64,000 bases of DNA from Cyanobacteria bacterium J06626_4 (GCA_038523235.1 JBCBJQ010000001.1:1-64000), one strand, 5' to 3'; numbered from the stretch's first letter, positions 20,211 to 30,563 are shown. The notes: a model not told the origin generated them from the sequence alone. Numbers and translations: made by a program.

Positions 20211-20654
20211 ATGGTGAGTCAACAAAATGTTGGTGGACGAGTCCCGCTCGTATTGTTTTTGCTGCGGTTGGGCGTGTTTATTGTGATGCTGGTTTGGGCA
20301 CTCGATAAATTTTTTGCCCCCGATCATGCCAGTCAAGTCTTTGCCGCTTTTTATGGCCTGCAGGGGTTAGGGCGATCGCTGGTGTATGGCATCGGCACCG
20401 TTCAGCTCTTGCTGGTTTTAGGATTTATGGCGGGCTTCAAAAAAACCTGGACCTATGGTGCCGTGCTGCTCATGCACGGGTTGTCTACGCTAGTTTCATT
20501 TGCCCGCTACCTAGACCCGTTTACGCCGCCTAACATTCTCTTTTTTGCCGCTTGGCCGATGCTAGCCGCCTGCTTTGGGCTATTTTATTTGCGCGATCTT
20601 GACACCCTGTGGACGTTGGATAAGGACAAACCCCACAAACAAATCAATGTGTAG
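20211..20654 (+). CDS. DoxX-like membrane protein
   Basis: LLRLGVFIVMLVWALDKF, LLMH, LFFAAWPMLAA; about 4 TM helices; GAGG RBS. Confidence 0.75.
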   Translation: MVSQQNVGGRVPLVLFLLRLGVFIVMLVWALDKFFAPDHASQVFAAFYGLQGLGRSLVYGIGTVQLLLVLGFMAGFKKTWTYGAVLLMHGLSTLVSFARYLDPFTPPNILFFAAWPMLAACFGLFYLRDLDTLWTLDKDKPHKQINV

Positions 20655-20656
20655 TC

Positions 20657-20798
20657 ATACCAGTTCTACGAATTACAGCTACACAGACAAGTCAGCTTTC
20701 TCCCAGTAGGAGACACTGCGTGACCGATTCTGCTCAGCCGACGTTCCTTGCGCGGAGTCGAAAGGAAGCTCTGTAGCCCAGTTTCAGAGAGTTGGTAT
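20657..20798. mobile_element. MITE (family A, copy 1) with candidate TAGTC target duplication
   Basis: Imperfect TIRs ATACCAGTTCTACGAA / TTCAGAGAGTTGGTAT; TAGTC at 20652-20656 and 20799-20803; near-identical copy at 47519-47684. Confidence 0.8.
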
Positions 20799-21299
20799 TA
20801 GTCGTAGCGATCAGTTTGCCTCGCTCAGCATCCCCGCTGCAGTGCAGGATATTTGTGGCTGTCTCTTGTTGGAGAGACGGCCATATTTTTTGCGTATCAG
20901 GATCAGTCATTGTACGGACGCTGGGGCGATCGCTTGGTGACAATCGCGGAGAGATTTTGCCGGGGTTGGGGAGGCCTCTCAGTGGTGTTACTGAAATCAA
21001 GGAAAGCCTCTCCCTGTCTAGATTCTGCCGGTCTCTGAAAGATCAAAAAAATCCGGTTTCCGGCACGGTTGAGTGAAAGAAGTTTAGAGACGTCCAGTTG
21101 GGCACTGGGTGACTGGGGTTGATGAATTTGCCAAGGTGAGATTGCTCTCGCTAGCGCGTCTTCTGATCCACATCCGCCCCCGGCTGGACTGGGCAAAATC
21201 GGCGATCGCCGATCACGGATACCGCGATCGCTCATCCTTCGTTCTCCGGGTGTGCTTCTACCAACTGCACTCATACCGGCAACGAAAAGATCCAGACTT

Positions 21300-23411
21300 A
21301 TGTTGAGCAATGAGCTTGTTTTCGCGGCAGAAACCTTGCCGCTGCCTGCAGCTGGAGAAGCTGAGGCACCATCGATGCTGCCCGATACCGCATTCGGTCT
21401 CAAGCAGTCACCACTGCTACCCGAGTTTGAGGCTGCACTTGACGCAGAGTTAGAGGCGATCGGCGGATCGTCCATCACCCTGACGTTCCTCACGGAGCCT
21501 GGGGATACCGCACTGCCCGGCGCTGACAGCGATGCTGACCACCTGCTCGGTGAGGCCACAGCCCAGCTGTGGGCAGCGGCTCAGGCCGCACTCGACGACT
21601 TTATCAGCCACCCTGACAGCGACTCAGCCTTGGCTCTGACTTTTGGCGAAGCAGCAACGACAACGACCGCTCAAGATCTGCTGCAAGACCTCATTGCTGG
21701 CAAGGCGTCGCCGCAAGTGGTCATCTTGCCGATGGCTGAACTTATGGCTCAAGGGGCCTATGCCGCCGACACTGACACGATTTTTCTCGCCCAAGAGCTG
21801 TTTGGCCCGCCCGAAACCTTACTCGTTGATCAGCCCGAACACTTACTGCGTGTCTTTATCGAAGAACTCGGACATTTCATTGACGATCAGATTAATCCTG
21901 TTGATACATCGGGAGATGAAGGGGCACTGTTCGCCGCTCAAGTGTGGGGCGATGCGCTCTCAGCCGCAACGCTCCATGCTCTCCAGACCGAAGACGACAC
22001 GACGACCCTGACCTTAGATGGGCAAACCTTCCAAGTCGAACAGGCGGATTTGGGGCCCGGCACCTTTAACGTCGCCGCTAACGGCCAGGTCGCGATCGAA
22101 TTCTTAGCCGATAGTGGGGCCTACCGCGGCCAACTGGCAATTTTCAGTCTGGAAGGCATGGACGGGATCGCACCGGGCTCTCCGGCCTTTATTCAAGAGG
22201 CCGCACGGCGCGCTTTGAGCAATTCCCCTGAGGGCTATATCGTGATCGATGATGCGGTCGAAGCGGCACGCCTCACCGGCGAGTTGGGCGAGAAAAATCG
22301 CAACGGTGGTGAGGCTGCGGGCGCTAAGGGCATCACGTTTCCTGGCGGTACGCGGGTGGCGGTTATGCTAGTGCCCAATGGTTCGGTGCAGGCCGTCTTT
22401 GAAAATCCTACCGCCGAGGGGTCGCTGCGACCGCTCTTTTCTGTCGCTAGCGCCAACCCCGCTGGACGCGTGCACATTGGCGAAATTCGCCCCGGTGTCT
22501 TCGCGATGGAAGATGTTCGCTTTGATGGCCGCTCGGATGGCGACTTTAACGATGTCATCTTTCAGCTGCAGGGGGCTACCGGCCAGATTGAGGCGATCGC
22601 CAACCTGATCGGCACCCAACAAATCTGGCTTGATACGCCACTGGGGCAGCAGCTCTTTCTTGTTTCTGACAATCCCCTCGCGCCGCCGGGCTTTATCGCT
22701 GCCGACAATCCAATTTTTCCCCCAGTCGATGCCGCGGCCCTGCAGGTGTCGATTCCCACCGGGGTGCCGAAATTTAATGCCGGTAACAGTGAGGCCGAAA
22801 TCGCCGCCACTGGGGCGGCCCGCATTACCTTTGGCAGTCGAACAGTTTACATCGGCACCAATCAAGTGAGTGCCAATAATCAAAACCCGATTGTCGCCAG
22901 CTTTGATAGCGCCAACCCCGCCAACAACTGGATTCGCACTGACTATGAAGTCACTGGCACCGATGGGCGCGGGCTCGGCATCGCCTGGGATGGCAATAGC
23001 CTGTACGGCGTGTTCACGGTGGATGGGACCCAGGGCACCCCCACGCAGGACTTTCGTCGCGCCGCCAACGATGCCGAACAGGCTTGGCTAAGGAACTATG
23101 GTCAGGGGGGCGGGGCCAAAGTTTCCGTCTTGGGACGCATCAACCCTGCTGATGGTGAGCTGCTAGACGCCGCTTACCTATCCGCTGTTTTAAACAATGG
23201 CAACAGCAACACGCTGAACGTCACGAATGTCGGTACCAACGCCAGTGGCAACCTGGTCATCAGTGCCGAGTCGTTCTTTTCTCCCCGACGGCCCGACGGT
23301 AGTGCGCTCACGCCGCCGACCCCACCGGGGTCTTCGCCCTTTGTCTACACCGTCGAGATCACCCCCGATCTGAAGCGTGTTGTTAGCACGGCGTCGCCGG
23401 GCTGGACATAG
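21300..23411 (+). CDS. DUF4114-domain protein with N-terminal EELGH zincin-like module
   Basis: GAY...DTIFL, IEELGHFID...DTSGDEGALFA; FAMEDV...SDGDFNDVIF; beta-rich C-terminus; start uncertain (21252 or 21300). Confidence 0.75.
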   Translation: MLSNELVFAAETLPLPAAGEAEAPSMLPDTAFGLKQSPLLPEFEAALDAELEAIGGSSITLTFLTEPGDTALPGADSDADHLLGEATAQLWAAAQAALDDFISHPDSDSALALTFGEAATTTTAQDLLQDLIAGKASPQVVILPMAELMAQGAYAADTDTIFLAQELFGPPETLLVDQPEHLLRVFIEELGHFIDDQINPVDTSGDEGALFAAQVWGDALSAATLHALQTEDDTTTLTLDGQTFQVEQADLGPGTFNVAANGQVAIEFLADSGAYRGQLAIFSLEGMDGIAPGSPAFIQEAARRALSNSPEGYIVIDDAVEAARLTGELGEKNRNGGEAAGAKGITFPGGTRVAVMLVPNGSVQAVFENPTAEGSLRPLFSVASANPAGRVHIGEIRPGVFAMEDVRFDGRSDGDFNDVIFQLQGATGQIEAIANLIGTQQIWLDTPLGQQLFLVSDNPLAPPGFIAADNPIFPPVDAAALQVSIPTGVPKFNAGNSEAEIAATGAARITFGSRTVYIGTNQVSANNQNPIVASFDSANPANNWIRTDYEVTGTDGRGLGIAWDGNSLYGVFTVDGTQGTPTQDFRRAANDAEQAWLRNYGQGGGAKVSVLGRINPADGELLDAAYLSAVLNNGNSNTLNVTNVGTNASGNLVISAESFFSPRRPDGSALTPPTPPGSSPFVYTVEITPDLKRVVSTASPGWT

Positions 23412-23450
23412 GCAATGGTGGCAATTAGGTGATCTGATTGCCACCATTGC
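23412..23450. terminator. Hairpin between convergent genes
   Basis: GCAATGGTGGCAAT...ATTGCCACCATTGC 14-bp perfect arms. Confidence 0.7.
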
Positions 23451-24851
23451 TTACTTCGCCACGTTGCGAGGTGGAATGGGATCACCGTCATAAAACTTGC
23501 GCTCTAGGGTGCCGAGCCCAAACCACAGCCCCCCCGCCACTAAGGGGACAGCCGTCAGGGCGCTGGCCAAACTGACCGACAGACCATTGCTAAAGACGAT
23601 CGCTAAGGGAATTGCCGACCAGGCAATCGTGCTCACGGCGATCGCGCCCCGACGCAGTTGCTGAATCCGCTGCAGCGCCCGTCGACAACTGCTGCAGTGC
23701 TGCGTGTGCGATTGGTAGCGATCCATCAGGGCCGAAGTCGTCATTCGGGGCGGTAAAGCTTGCCCTGCGAAGGGATCAGCCTGAAAATCACTCACCCAGC
23801 GGCGAAAAGCCATGACGTAGCGATCGGCCGGGGTGGGTAAATAACAGGCCTGAGCATAGGATTTATTGCCAGCTTGCTCCAGCAGCCTTTCTTGCAGGTG
23901 CAAAAAGATTTGGTCGTCTTCTAACACGCGATTGTTGCTTACATGGCTATACCAACGGGGCGTCAGCCTGATAAAAAAGCTTGGCAGCTTGGATGAAAAC
24001 TTGAACGGGAAGCGCGCAAACAAGCGACATTTCCCCTTGCGCATGGGCGTGGCGTAGACCACCGTCAGGGTGCGCCCAAACTGCTTAGAGGTGAGATCGT
24101 GATACATCATTGCGGGCGCAATGAAGGTGGTGTGTTGGGTACCCAGCTGGCCCTTACGCGGCCCCTCAGGCCAGAGACCCTTAAAGCCCTGCTTGCCCGA
24201 CTCTAAAACCTCCATTTCCATAGGGGCGGCATTTTCGCGCTTGCCCACGGTTTCGTGGTGGGTGTAGGGAATGTGGCTGGCATCCAACACATTTTCGAGC
24301 AGGGTCAGGGCGTCGTAGGGCAAATCGCGAAAGGTGTTGAGCAGTACCCAGCCATCGGGCTCCTCGACTAACGGGTCGATACCGGGCACGGGCACCTGGG
24401 CGGCATTTTCAGCCTTGCCCGGATACACAAAGAGCAGTCCCTGATGCACGGTGGTCGGCATTGACTTCGCACAAGCCCGATTCGAGGTCAGCGCTTCACT
24501 GTCGGCGGCGGCCTGAGGAATGTGTTCGCAAGCGCCCTCTCCCGAAAACGCCCAGCCATGATACGGACATTCCAACTGCCCGGCCTCGTTGATGCGTCCT
24601 TCGGACAGGGGCGCCAGGCGGTGAGGGCACTGGTCGGCAAAGACTCGCCAGGTGGCGGCCTGGGGCTCCCACCAGATAACAATGTCTTGATCTAGCAGCG
24701 TGAAGCGAGTCGGTCCAGTGGGGTCTAAATCTTCGACATAGTGAACGGGATACCAAGCCTCAGCCCAGTCGAAACGATCGCGATCGGGGCCACCCGCCGG
24801 CAGCGTTTGCGGAGTTTGGAGCGATTGAGGCGCATCTTGGGTAACCGTCAT
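23451..24851 (-). CDS. Rieske [2Fe-2S] oxygenase, pheophorbide a oxygenase / Tic55-like
   Basis: CPHRLAPLSEG...CPYHGW, ENVLDASHIPYTH, C-terminal HTQHCSSC. Confidence 0.92.
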   Translation of the reverse strand: MTVTQDAPQSLQTPQTLPAGGPDRDRFDWAEAWYPVHYVEDLDPTGPTRFTLLDQDIVIWWEPQAATWRVFADQCPHRLAPLSEGRINEAGQLECPYHGWAFSGEGACEHIPQAAADSEALTSNRACAKSMPTTVHQGLLFVYPGKAENAAQVPVPGIDPLVEEPDGWVLLNTFRDLPYDALTLLENVLDASHIPYTHHETVGKRENAAPMEMEVLESGKQGFKGLWPEGPRKGQLGTQHTTFIAPAMMYHDLTSKQFGRTLTVVYATPMRKGKCRLFARFPFKFSSKLPSFFIRLTPRWYSHVSNNRVLEDDQIFLHLQERLLEQAGNKSYAQACYLPTPADRYVMAFRRWVSDFQADPFAGQALPPRMTTSALMDRYQSHTQHCSSCRRALQRIQQLRRGAIAVSTIAWSAIPLAIVFSNGLSVSLASALTAVPLVAGGLWFGLGTLERKFYDGDPIPPRNVAK

Positions 24852-25069
24852 CGTGTTTTCGACCAACAATCTACTCCTCTATTGTGTTACAAAACTTTAT
24901 TTCCTGCGCAGAATCCTCCAACCCTTGATGGTAGAGCTTTGCGTAATGTCAGCCCTGGGGGCAGAGAGAGGCTGCCCCTTAATATTTGGATAACCCTGTT
25001 ACCGCCGTCGAGGGCAATTGCCGTCAAGCTAATGGTGAACTTTATTTGTTTTCACCTCAAGAGGTTGAA

Positions 25070-25438
25070 ATGAAGCTGCTCCGAATTCTGCTGACGACGG
25101 TGCTGGTGCTGACGGTGCTGCAGGCTGAAGCGCCAATTCGGGTGTGGCGACTACGGCTGACTAAAAGCTGTCAGGGGTGTCGTTTGATTGGGGTTGATAT
25201 CAGAGATGCTGATCTCAGGGGAGCCAATCTGCAGGATGCTGATTTGCGTTGGACGCGGTTTCATTCGGTCAACCTGACAGGCGCTGACCTGAGTGGGGCC
25301 AACCTGAGAAACGCCCGGATGAACGACGTCACCGTTCACAACACAGAGTTTTGTGGCGCGACAATGATGAACTCAGTCAAGGGCTATTGCCGTAGTGCCT
25401 CAACTGATACTGCCGCTGCCGCTGGCGTGGCGAAGTAA
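25070..25438 (+). CDS. Pentapeptide repeat protein (exported)
   Basis: Signal peptide, CQGC, ADLRG/ANLQD/ADLSG/ANLRN repeats; GAGGT RBS. Confidence 0.85.
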   Translation: MKLLRILLTTVLVLTVLQAEAPIRVWRLRLTKSCQGCRLIGVDIRDADLRGANLQDADLRWTRFHSVNLTGADLSGANLRNARMNDVTVHNTEFCGATMMNSVKGYCRSASTDTAAAAGVAK

Positions 25439-25552
25439 GCCCAGACTGCGTTAGCGCGCCTTTGCTAATCGAATGCGGCGCACAGATCCCCCACACGCGC
25501 GATCGCGGGGTTTTAAGGTTCAAGGTTTAGGGCGCAAGCTAAAACCCTGGCG

Positions 25553-26446
25553 CTAGCGATGCACGGTCAAGGTGCCGGCGTCGGCATCCAGGGTGGCGGC
25601 AGCTCCGACAGGCAGAACCGCATTAACGCCATCGTGACCAAACGGGAGCTCGGCGACAACGGGAATGCCTAAATCATTGAGGCGATCGCGCAGCACGGTT
25701 TCCACATCCAAGCTGGGAATGCCATCCGGGGCATCACAGCGGCTAAACCGACCAATTGCCACGCCCGCGACCGGGGCAAACTTGCCCAGCATCCGCCAGT
25801 GCGTGAGCATCCGGTCAAGACGATAGGGCGCTTCGGTAACGTCTTCAAACGCGAGGATCACACCGTTCAAATCAGGCTCATGGGGGGTGCCAAGCAGATG
25901 GGTCGCCACGGTCAAGTTCGCGGGCAGTAGTCTGCCGGTCACTTGCCCAGGCTGCCAGGTCACCCCCTGCAAGGGGGCGATCGCCCGACCGCTCACCCAG
26001 TCAAACAACCGCTGCCGCGACCAGTCGGGTTCTTGACCCAGCGTGGTCAGTAGCGGCCCGTGCACGCTGGCAATGCCTTGTTGACTTAAGCTCCACAGCA
26101 AACTGGTGATGTCGGAGAAGCCGATCAGCCATTTAGGCGACGTGGTCGGCCACTGCCAATTTTCGAGCAGGCGAGTGCCACCGTAGCCGCCGCGAGCACA
26201 GAGAATGCCCCGACAGGTGGGCGCTTGCCAGGCCGTCAGCAGCTGTTGGCGACGATGATCATCACGCCCTGCTAAATAGCCCCACTGTTCATCCAACCCG
26301 GGCAGTAGCTTGACCCGGTATCCCCGAGCTTCCCAGATGGCCACGCCAGCCTGAAATGCCGTCAACTCTCGTAGCGCCCCACTGGGCGCGATGACCATCA
26401 GCTCGTCACCCGGTTGTAGGGGCGGAGGGGGTTGGCAAACAAACAT
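25553..26446 (-). CDS. LD-carboxypeptidase (peptidase S66)
   Basis: IAPS, RGGYG, GFSDIT, FEDV, FGH catalytic motifs. Confidence 0.93.
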   Translation of the reverse strand: MFVCQPPPPLQPGDELMVIAPSGALRELTAFQAGVAIWEARGYRVKLLPGLDEQWGYLAGRDDHRRQQLLTAWQAPTCRGILCARGGYGGTRLLENWQWPTTSPKWLIGFSDITSLLWSLSQQGIASVHGPLLTTLGQEPDWSRQRLFDWVSGRAIAPLQGVTWQPGQVTGRLLPANLTVATHLLGTPHEPDLNGVILAFEDVTEAPYRLDRMLTHWRMLGKFAPVAGVAIGRFSRCDAPDGIPSLDVETVLRDRLNDLGIPVVAELPFGHDGVNAVLPVGAAATLDADAGTLTVHR

Positions 26447-26583
26447 TACAACGAGACCACAGCATCAGTCTCACTATCATGACGGGCAGCTGGGCTGATG
26501 GGAACCACACGACTCCGGGCTTGACGGGTTCATGGCCACTCACCCCGCCGAAGGCTCCTGTGAGAAAGGAAATTGCCAGCGCT

Positions 26584-27213
26584 TCAAAGACTAGACATTT
26601 TGGGTTCTACCGGGAGCGGTGCGACAATATCGCGATCGTGGCGCTGAGTGAGGGCCGGAGTGGCACAGTCACCGTGGCTCGCAGCATGGCGCATAAATTG
26701 TAGATAGTGGCCCATCAGCGTCCAGCTAATGGTCAGCGTATCGCCCTGAGGCACGTACTCATCTCGCAGAAACTGCTGCCCGGCGGCGGTGAGCCAAACG
26801 TCGCCCAACCGGCGTTGGGTAATGCGGACGAGCTGCTGCTCAGCGAGGACAACAATCAGGCGCTGGCGCTGATTATCTGGCACTTTGGCAGAGATTTGGC
26901 CCGGCGTGATGCTGCGGTATTGGCACGACTGCAAGACATATTTTTCGTCGGGGGTAATTGGCCATACTGAAGTATCCAGGTCTAACAGAGTGCGGCCATG
27001 GGCAGTGAGGCCAAAGCGGGTGACGATTTCTTCGTAGTCAATCCAGTTTCGCTGTCGTAGCTGCTGGCAGAGGCGATCGCGCTGCACCCCTGACAACTTT
27101 GGCTGGGGGCAAATTGCTGTCATAGCTGCCCGGTAATGAGGATGGGGGAGCAATAGCAATAAAAACTTAAGTTCTAAGGGCGCTAACCGAACCGCAGCAG
27201 ACAATGAAGACAT
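26584..27213 (-). CDS. Hypothetical protein with tandem winged-helix-like repeats
   Basis: Internal repeat QRDRLCQQL...LTAHGRTLL / QRQRLIVVL...LTAAGQQFL. Confidence 0.7.
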   Translation of the reverse strand: MSSLSAAVRLAPLELKFLLLLLPHPHYRAAMTAICPQPKLSGVQRDRLCQQLRQRNWIDYEEIVTRFGLTAHGRTLLDLDTSVWPITPDEKYVLQSCQYRSITPGQISAKVPDNQRQRLIVVLAEQQLVRITQRRLGDVWLTAAGQQFLRDEYVPQGDTLTISWTLMGHYLQFMRHAASHGDCATPALTQRHDRDIVAPLPVEPKMSSL

Positions 27214-27249
27214 AGACTCACACACGGCATTCAGCCTAGCTACTATGCT

Positions 27250-27263
27250 AGAACAAAAGTCCT
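27250..27263 (-). promoter_or_regulatory. Candidate LexA box
   Basis: Minus strand AGGACTTTTGTTCT, one mismatch to cyanobacterial RGTAC-N3-DGTWCB, abutting a TAGCAT -10-like hexamer. Confidence 0.45.
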
Positions 27264-27425
27264 ATCGATCAACAATTCAAGTTTTTACATTTCGTTGCGG
27301 ATTATCGCCCTCGTTTTCAGCTTCCTGATGGAACGGGGCATGCTGGTAAATATGATAAGGGCTTGAGATCGCGACAATTCTTTACCCTTTCACTCACCCC
27401 CTTGTGACGCGAGCCGCAACAATCG

Positions 27426-29795
27426 TTGCAGTATTGGCATCAAAAATTTTTGACTCATCATTTTCGAGCGGTGGATCTGTTGTCTTCGACTCCTGTATCA
27501 AATTCATTGTCAGATCTGACTCCAGCGCTCCCTTCTCCACTGGGCAATGCCAACCTGCCATCCACCCTGGCGGCCCTCATACCGCTCTGGGATGCCCTCA
27601 GTGACGGGCTGCAAATCTTTGACTCAGAGGGGCGCTTGATTTATGCCAACGCCTTAGCCGCCGAGTTGTTGGGCTACGCTACCGCTCATGACTATCTTGA
27701 AGAACACTATCGTTCTAGAGCTTGGGGGCTCACGGCGATCGCGCTGGCCAATGGGGCAAATCGTCCACTGGCGATCACAGACTACCCCTGTGTGCGAGCG
27801 CTGAAGGGCCAACCGTTTGCCGAACAAACCTTGCGCTACACCGACCGGCATGGGCGCGATCGCTGCGTTGCTGTGCAAGCGCTATCCATGCCCGAACCCA
27901 CCAGTGTTGACCAAACCGACCAGCGGCAGTACGCCGTTGTGATCAGTCGGCCGGTGACACAGCCGTTGATCGCGAGCCCGCCATGTCCACTCCCCCTCCA
28001 GCAGATTGCGAATGCGGTGCCGAGTCTCGTCGCCTATTTAGATGTTCAAGAACAGCACTATTTTGCCAACCACGCTTATCTCAAAGCCTTTAATGAGACC
28101 TTAGATAACATTCAGGGCCAGAACCTACAAACAGTTGTTGGCCCAGTCATTTATCATCAGCTGCAGGGCGCGCTGCACCAAGCTTGGCAGGGGGAAACAG
28201 TGAATGTGTGCCTGCCCATTGGCAGCTTTAATCCGAAGAGGCAGTACAAGCATGTCAGCCTCACCCCCCAATGGCTGGGCGATCAATTGGCAGGCGTGTA
28301 TTTAGTGCTAAGTGACATCACGGCCCACAAACACACCAATGACCTGCTGCAGACCGAGACTGATTTTTTCCGCAATTCCCTAGAAGCGGCCACGGTGGGC
28401 ATTTGGGATTGGCATTTTCTCAACCAAGAAATGATGTGGTCATCGCCCCAAGAGCAGCTATTTGGGCTGAAACCGGGCGATTTTGACGGCAAACCAGACA
28501 CTTATTTGGCGCTGGTTCATGCGGGCGATCGCGCCGCGCTCCACACCGCGATCGATCAGGCCATGCAGCCACAACATCATTTTGCCACCCAGTTTCGGGT
28601 CACCTTGGCTGACCGATCAGTGCGCTGGCTCAGTCAACGGGGGCAAGTCGTGCGCAATACCAAGGGGCAAATCGTGCGCATGGCGGGGGTGACGCTGGAC
28701 ATCACGGTGCAAAAAGAGGCCGAAGAAAAGCTGATCGAACAGGCGAAACGCGATCACTTGGTGGCAAAAATCTCTCAGGAGATCAATCGCTCCACCGATC
28801 TCAACGAGGTCTTGCCACAGGTGGTGCAAGACATTCGCTGTCTTTTGCAGGTTGACCGACTCAGCATCATTGATTTGCTGCAGCCAAAGATGGCGGGCAG
28901 AGTCACTTTCGAAGCCCACACGGTGGGCACTGAGTCAATGCTGACTTGGGAAATGCGCCACCCTTGGGCGATGAAAGAGGCCTACCTGCAAAAATATCAG
29001 CAAGGGCATCCGATCGCAGTTTGCAATGTGAACGAACAGTCATTCAGTGAGGAAGAACTGGAGTTCTTAGGCTTTTTTCAAATCACCGCTGAATTGACGG
29101 TGCCTCTGTTAGAAGACAAAAAACTCTGGGGCCTGCTGTCAGCCCAATCAAAACAGCCCAGAACGTGGCAGCCCGAGGAACGCCGACTGTTAGAAACCCT
29201 AGGCCGCTTGGTGAGCACAGCCGTGCAGCGCGATCGGCTGCACCATAGCTTGACGCAGGCTAACCAAAAACTCCAGCGCTTTGCCTACCTCGATGGCTTG
29301 ACGCAGGTCGCCAACCGACGACGATTTGAACAGTTTCTCAATCATGAATGGCGGCGGTTGATGCGAGAGAAATCAACGCTGGCGCTAATCATGGTGGATA
29401 TTGACCATTTCAAAGCTTTTAACGATATTTATGGGCACCAAGCGGGTGACGAATGTCTGCGTCGAGTCGCCGCCATTTTGCGCACGACGGTACAGCGCCC
29501 AGCCGATATGGTGGCTCGCTATGGTGGCGAAGAGTTCGCCGTTGTATTGCCCAATACGGGGGTTGAAGGAGCGGAAACCGTAGCCGAAAAAATCCGTGCC
29601 TACATGCACGACCAAAAAATTCCCCATCGCGGCTCACAAATACGCCCGTTTGTCACGATGAGTCTCGGCGTCGCCGTGATGTCACCGCATCCGCTCAAAG
29701 CCCCAGATGACTTGATTAAAATCGCCGATGAAGCGCTCTATCAGGCAAAGGAGAACGGTCGCGATCGCGTTGTCTGTCATACTCCAACGTCGTAG
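27426..29795 (+). CDS. PAS-PAS-PAS-GAF diguanylate cyclase
   Basis: DGLTQVANRR, DIDHFK.FND.YGH, RPAD I-site, RYGGEEF; start uncertain. Confidence 0.92.
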   Translation: MQYWHQKFLTHHFRAVDLLSSTPVSNSLSDLTPALPSPLGNANLPSTLAALIPLWDALSDGLQIFDSEGRLIYANALAAELLGYATAHDYLEEHYRSRAWGLTAIALANGANRPLAITDYPCVRALKGQPFAEQTLRYTDRHGRDRCVAVQALSMPEPTSVDQTDQRQYAVVISRPVTQPLIASPPCPLPLQQIANAVPSLVAYLDVQEQHYFANHAYLKAFNETLDNIQGQNLQTVVGPVIYHQLQGALHQAWQGETVNVCLPIGSFNPKRQYKHVSLTPQWLGDQLAGVYLVLSDITAHKHTNDLLQTETDFFRNSLEAATVGIWDWHFLNQEMMWSSPQEQLFGLKPGDFDGKPDTYLALVHAGDRAALHTAIDQAMQPQHHFATQFRVTLADRSVRWLSQRGQVVRNTKGQIVRMAGVTLDITVQKEAEEKLIEQAKRDHLVAKISQEINRSTDLNEVLPQVVQDIRCLLQVDRLSIIDLLQPKMAGRVTFEAHTVGTESMLTWEMRHPWAMKEAYLQKYQQGHPIAVCNVNEQSFSEEELEFLGFFQITAELTVPLLEDKKLWGLLSAQSKQPRTWQPEERRLLETLGRLVSTAVQRDRLHHSLTQANQKLQRFAYLDGLTQVANRRRFEQFLNHEWRRLMREKSTLALIMVDIDHFKAFNDIYGHQAGDECLRRVAAILRTTVQRPADMVARYGGEEFAVVLPNTGVEGAETVAEKIRAYMHDQKIPHRGSQIRPFVTMSLGVAVMSPHPLKAPDDLIKIADEALYQAKENGRDRVVCHTPTS

Positions 29796-29930
29796 TTGCA
29801 GGCACTAGCCTGCAGTCGTAGAGAGTGGGCGGTGTAGGAGTGGAACGGATAGTCAGAGGAGCGATCGGGTCGGGGCATTAGCAGGCTGGGGACAGGGGCA
29901 AGTGTCAGACAACCCACATTCGTTCCAGTT

Positions 29931-30045
29931 ATAACAATTCGCTGAATTCGGATTACACATCAAAAAAGTGTGTAGCTCCCTTCGACAAGGGGGCAGCGAC
30001 AGCGGGGGATGCCCGATCTGTAGCGCTACTTTGCAGAACCGGTAT
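29931..30045. mobile_element. MITE (family A-like ends, different core)
   Basis: Ends ATAACAATTCGCTGAA / TTTGCAGAACCGGTAT with subterminal TACACATC / GATCTGTAGC; core CCCTTCGACAAGGGG hairpin. Confidence 0.6.
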
Positions 30046-30505
30046 TCGGTGGTGGTCGCGGCGAGACCATACATAAATCTTGTGTCAGCGGTCTAGCATC
30101 CCGATCATTCACGAGCCCACCCCCTACCCAGACAGCAGAAGCCCCCTATCGAGTCAAGGCTTGGCTAGATAACCTGTTGTCTGATTGCTAGAGTCCTAAC
30201 TAATGGATTACGCAATTCTGCTCCCTTGCCTCAGGGCTCAGCGGTATTTGAATGCCTTGAATCGACCAATAGTCAAGTTAGATTGATAAGAACGGTTGCG
30301 ACACCAGCACTGTTTAACTAACTACATACAATCCATTATTTAAACATCCAAACTATAGAGTTATAGCTATATCTTTAGAGCTATATCTTTAGTGCCATAT
30401 TGAATAAAATCGCCAATTAGACTTACATAATGTTTCTGTGAACACGGTTTTCTCAACTCACTCTTCATATCGTTTATTGATATCTATCCATAAATTGGTT
30501 GGCCA

Positions 30506-30563
30506 CTTCAGATAATCATTGCTGAACAGCGTTAATAGCGTGTTCAGCAATGATTATCTGAAG
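30506..30563. promoter_or_regulatory. Perfect 23-bp inverted repeat upstream of transporter operon
   Basis: CTTCAGATAATCATTGCTGAACA-12 nt-TGTTCAGCAATGATTATCTGAAG. Confidence 0.6.

Noticed and set aside
20734..21000. Short ORFs here and at 47620-47883 sharing a RNVG C-terminus
   Set aside because: The similarity comes from reading through family A MITE copies.
20903..21559. 218-aa minus-strand ORF
   Set aside because: Ser/Pro/Arg-rich shadow overlapping the DUF4114 gene.
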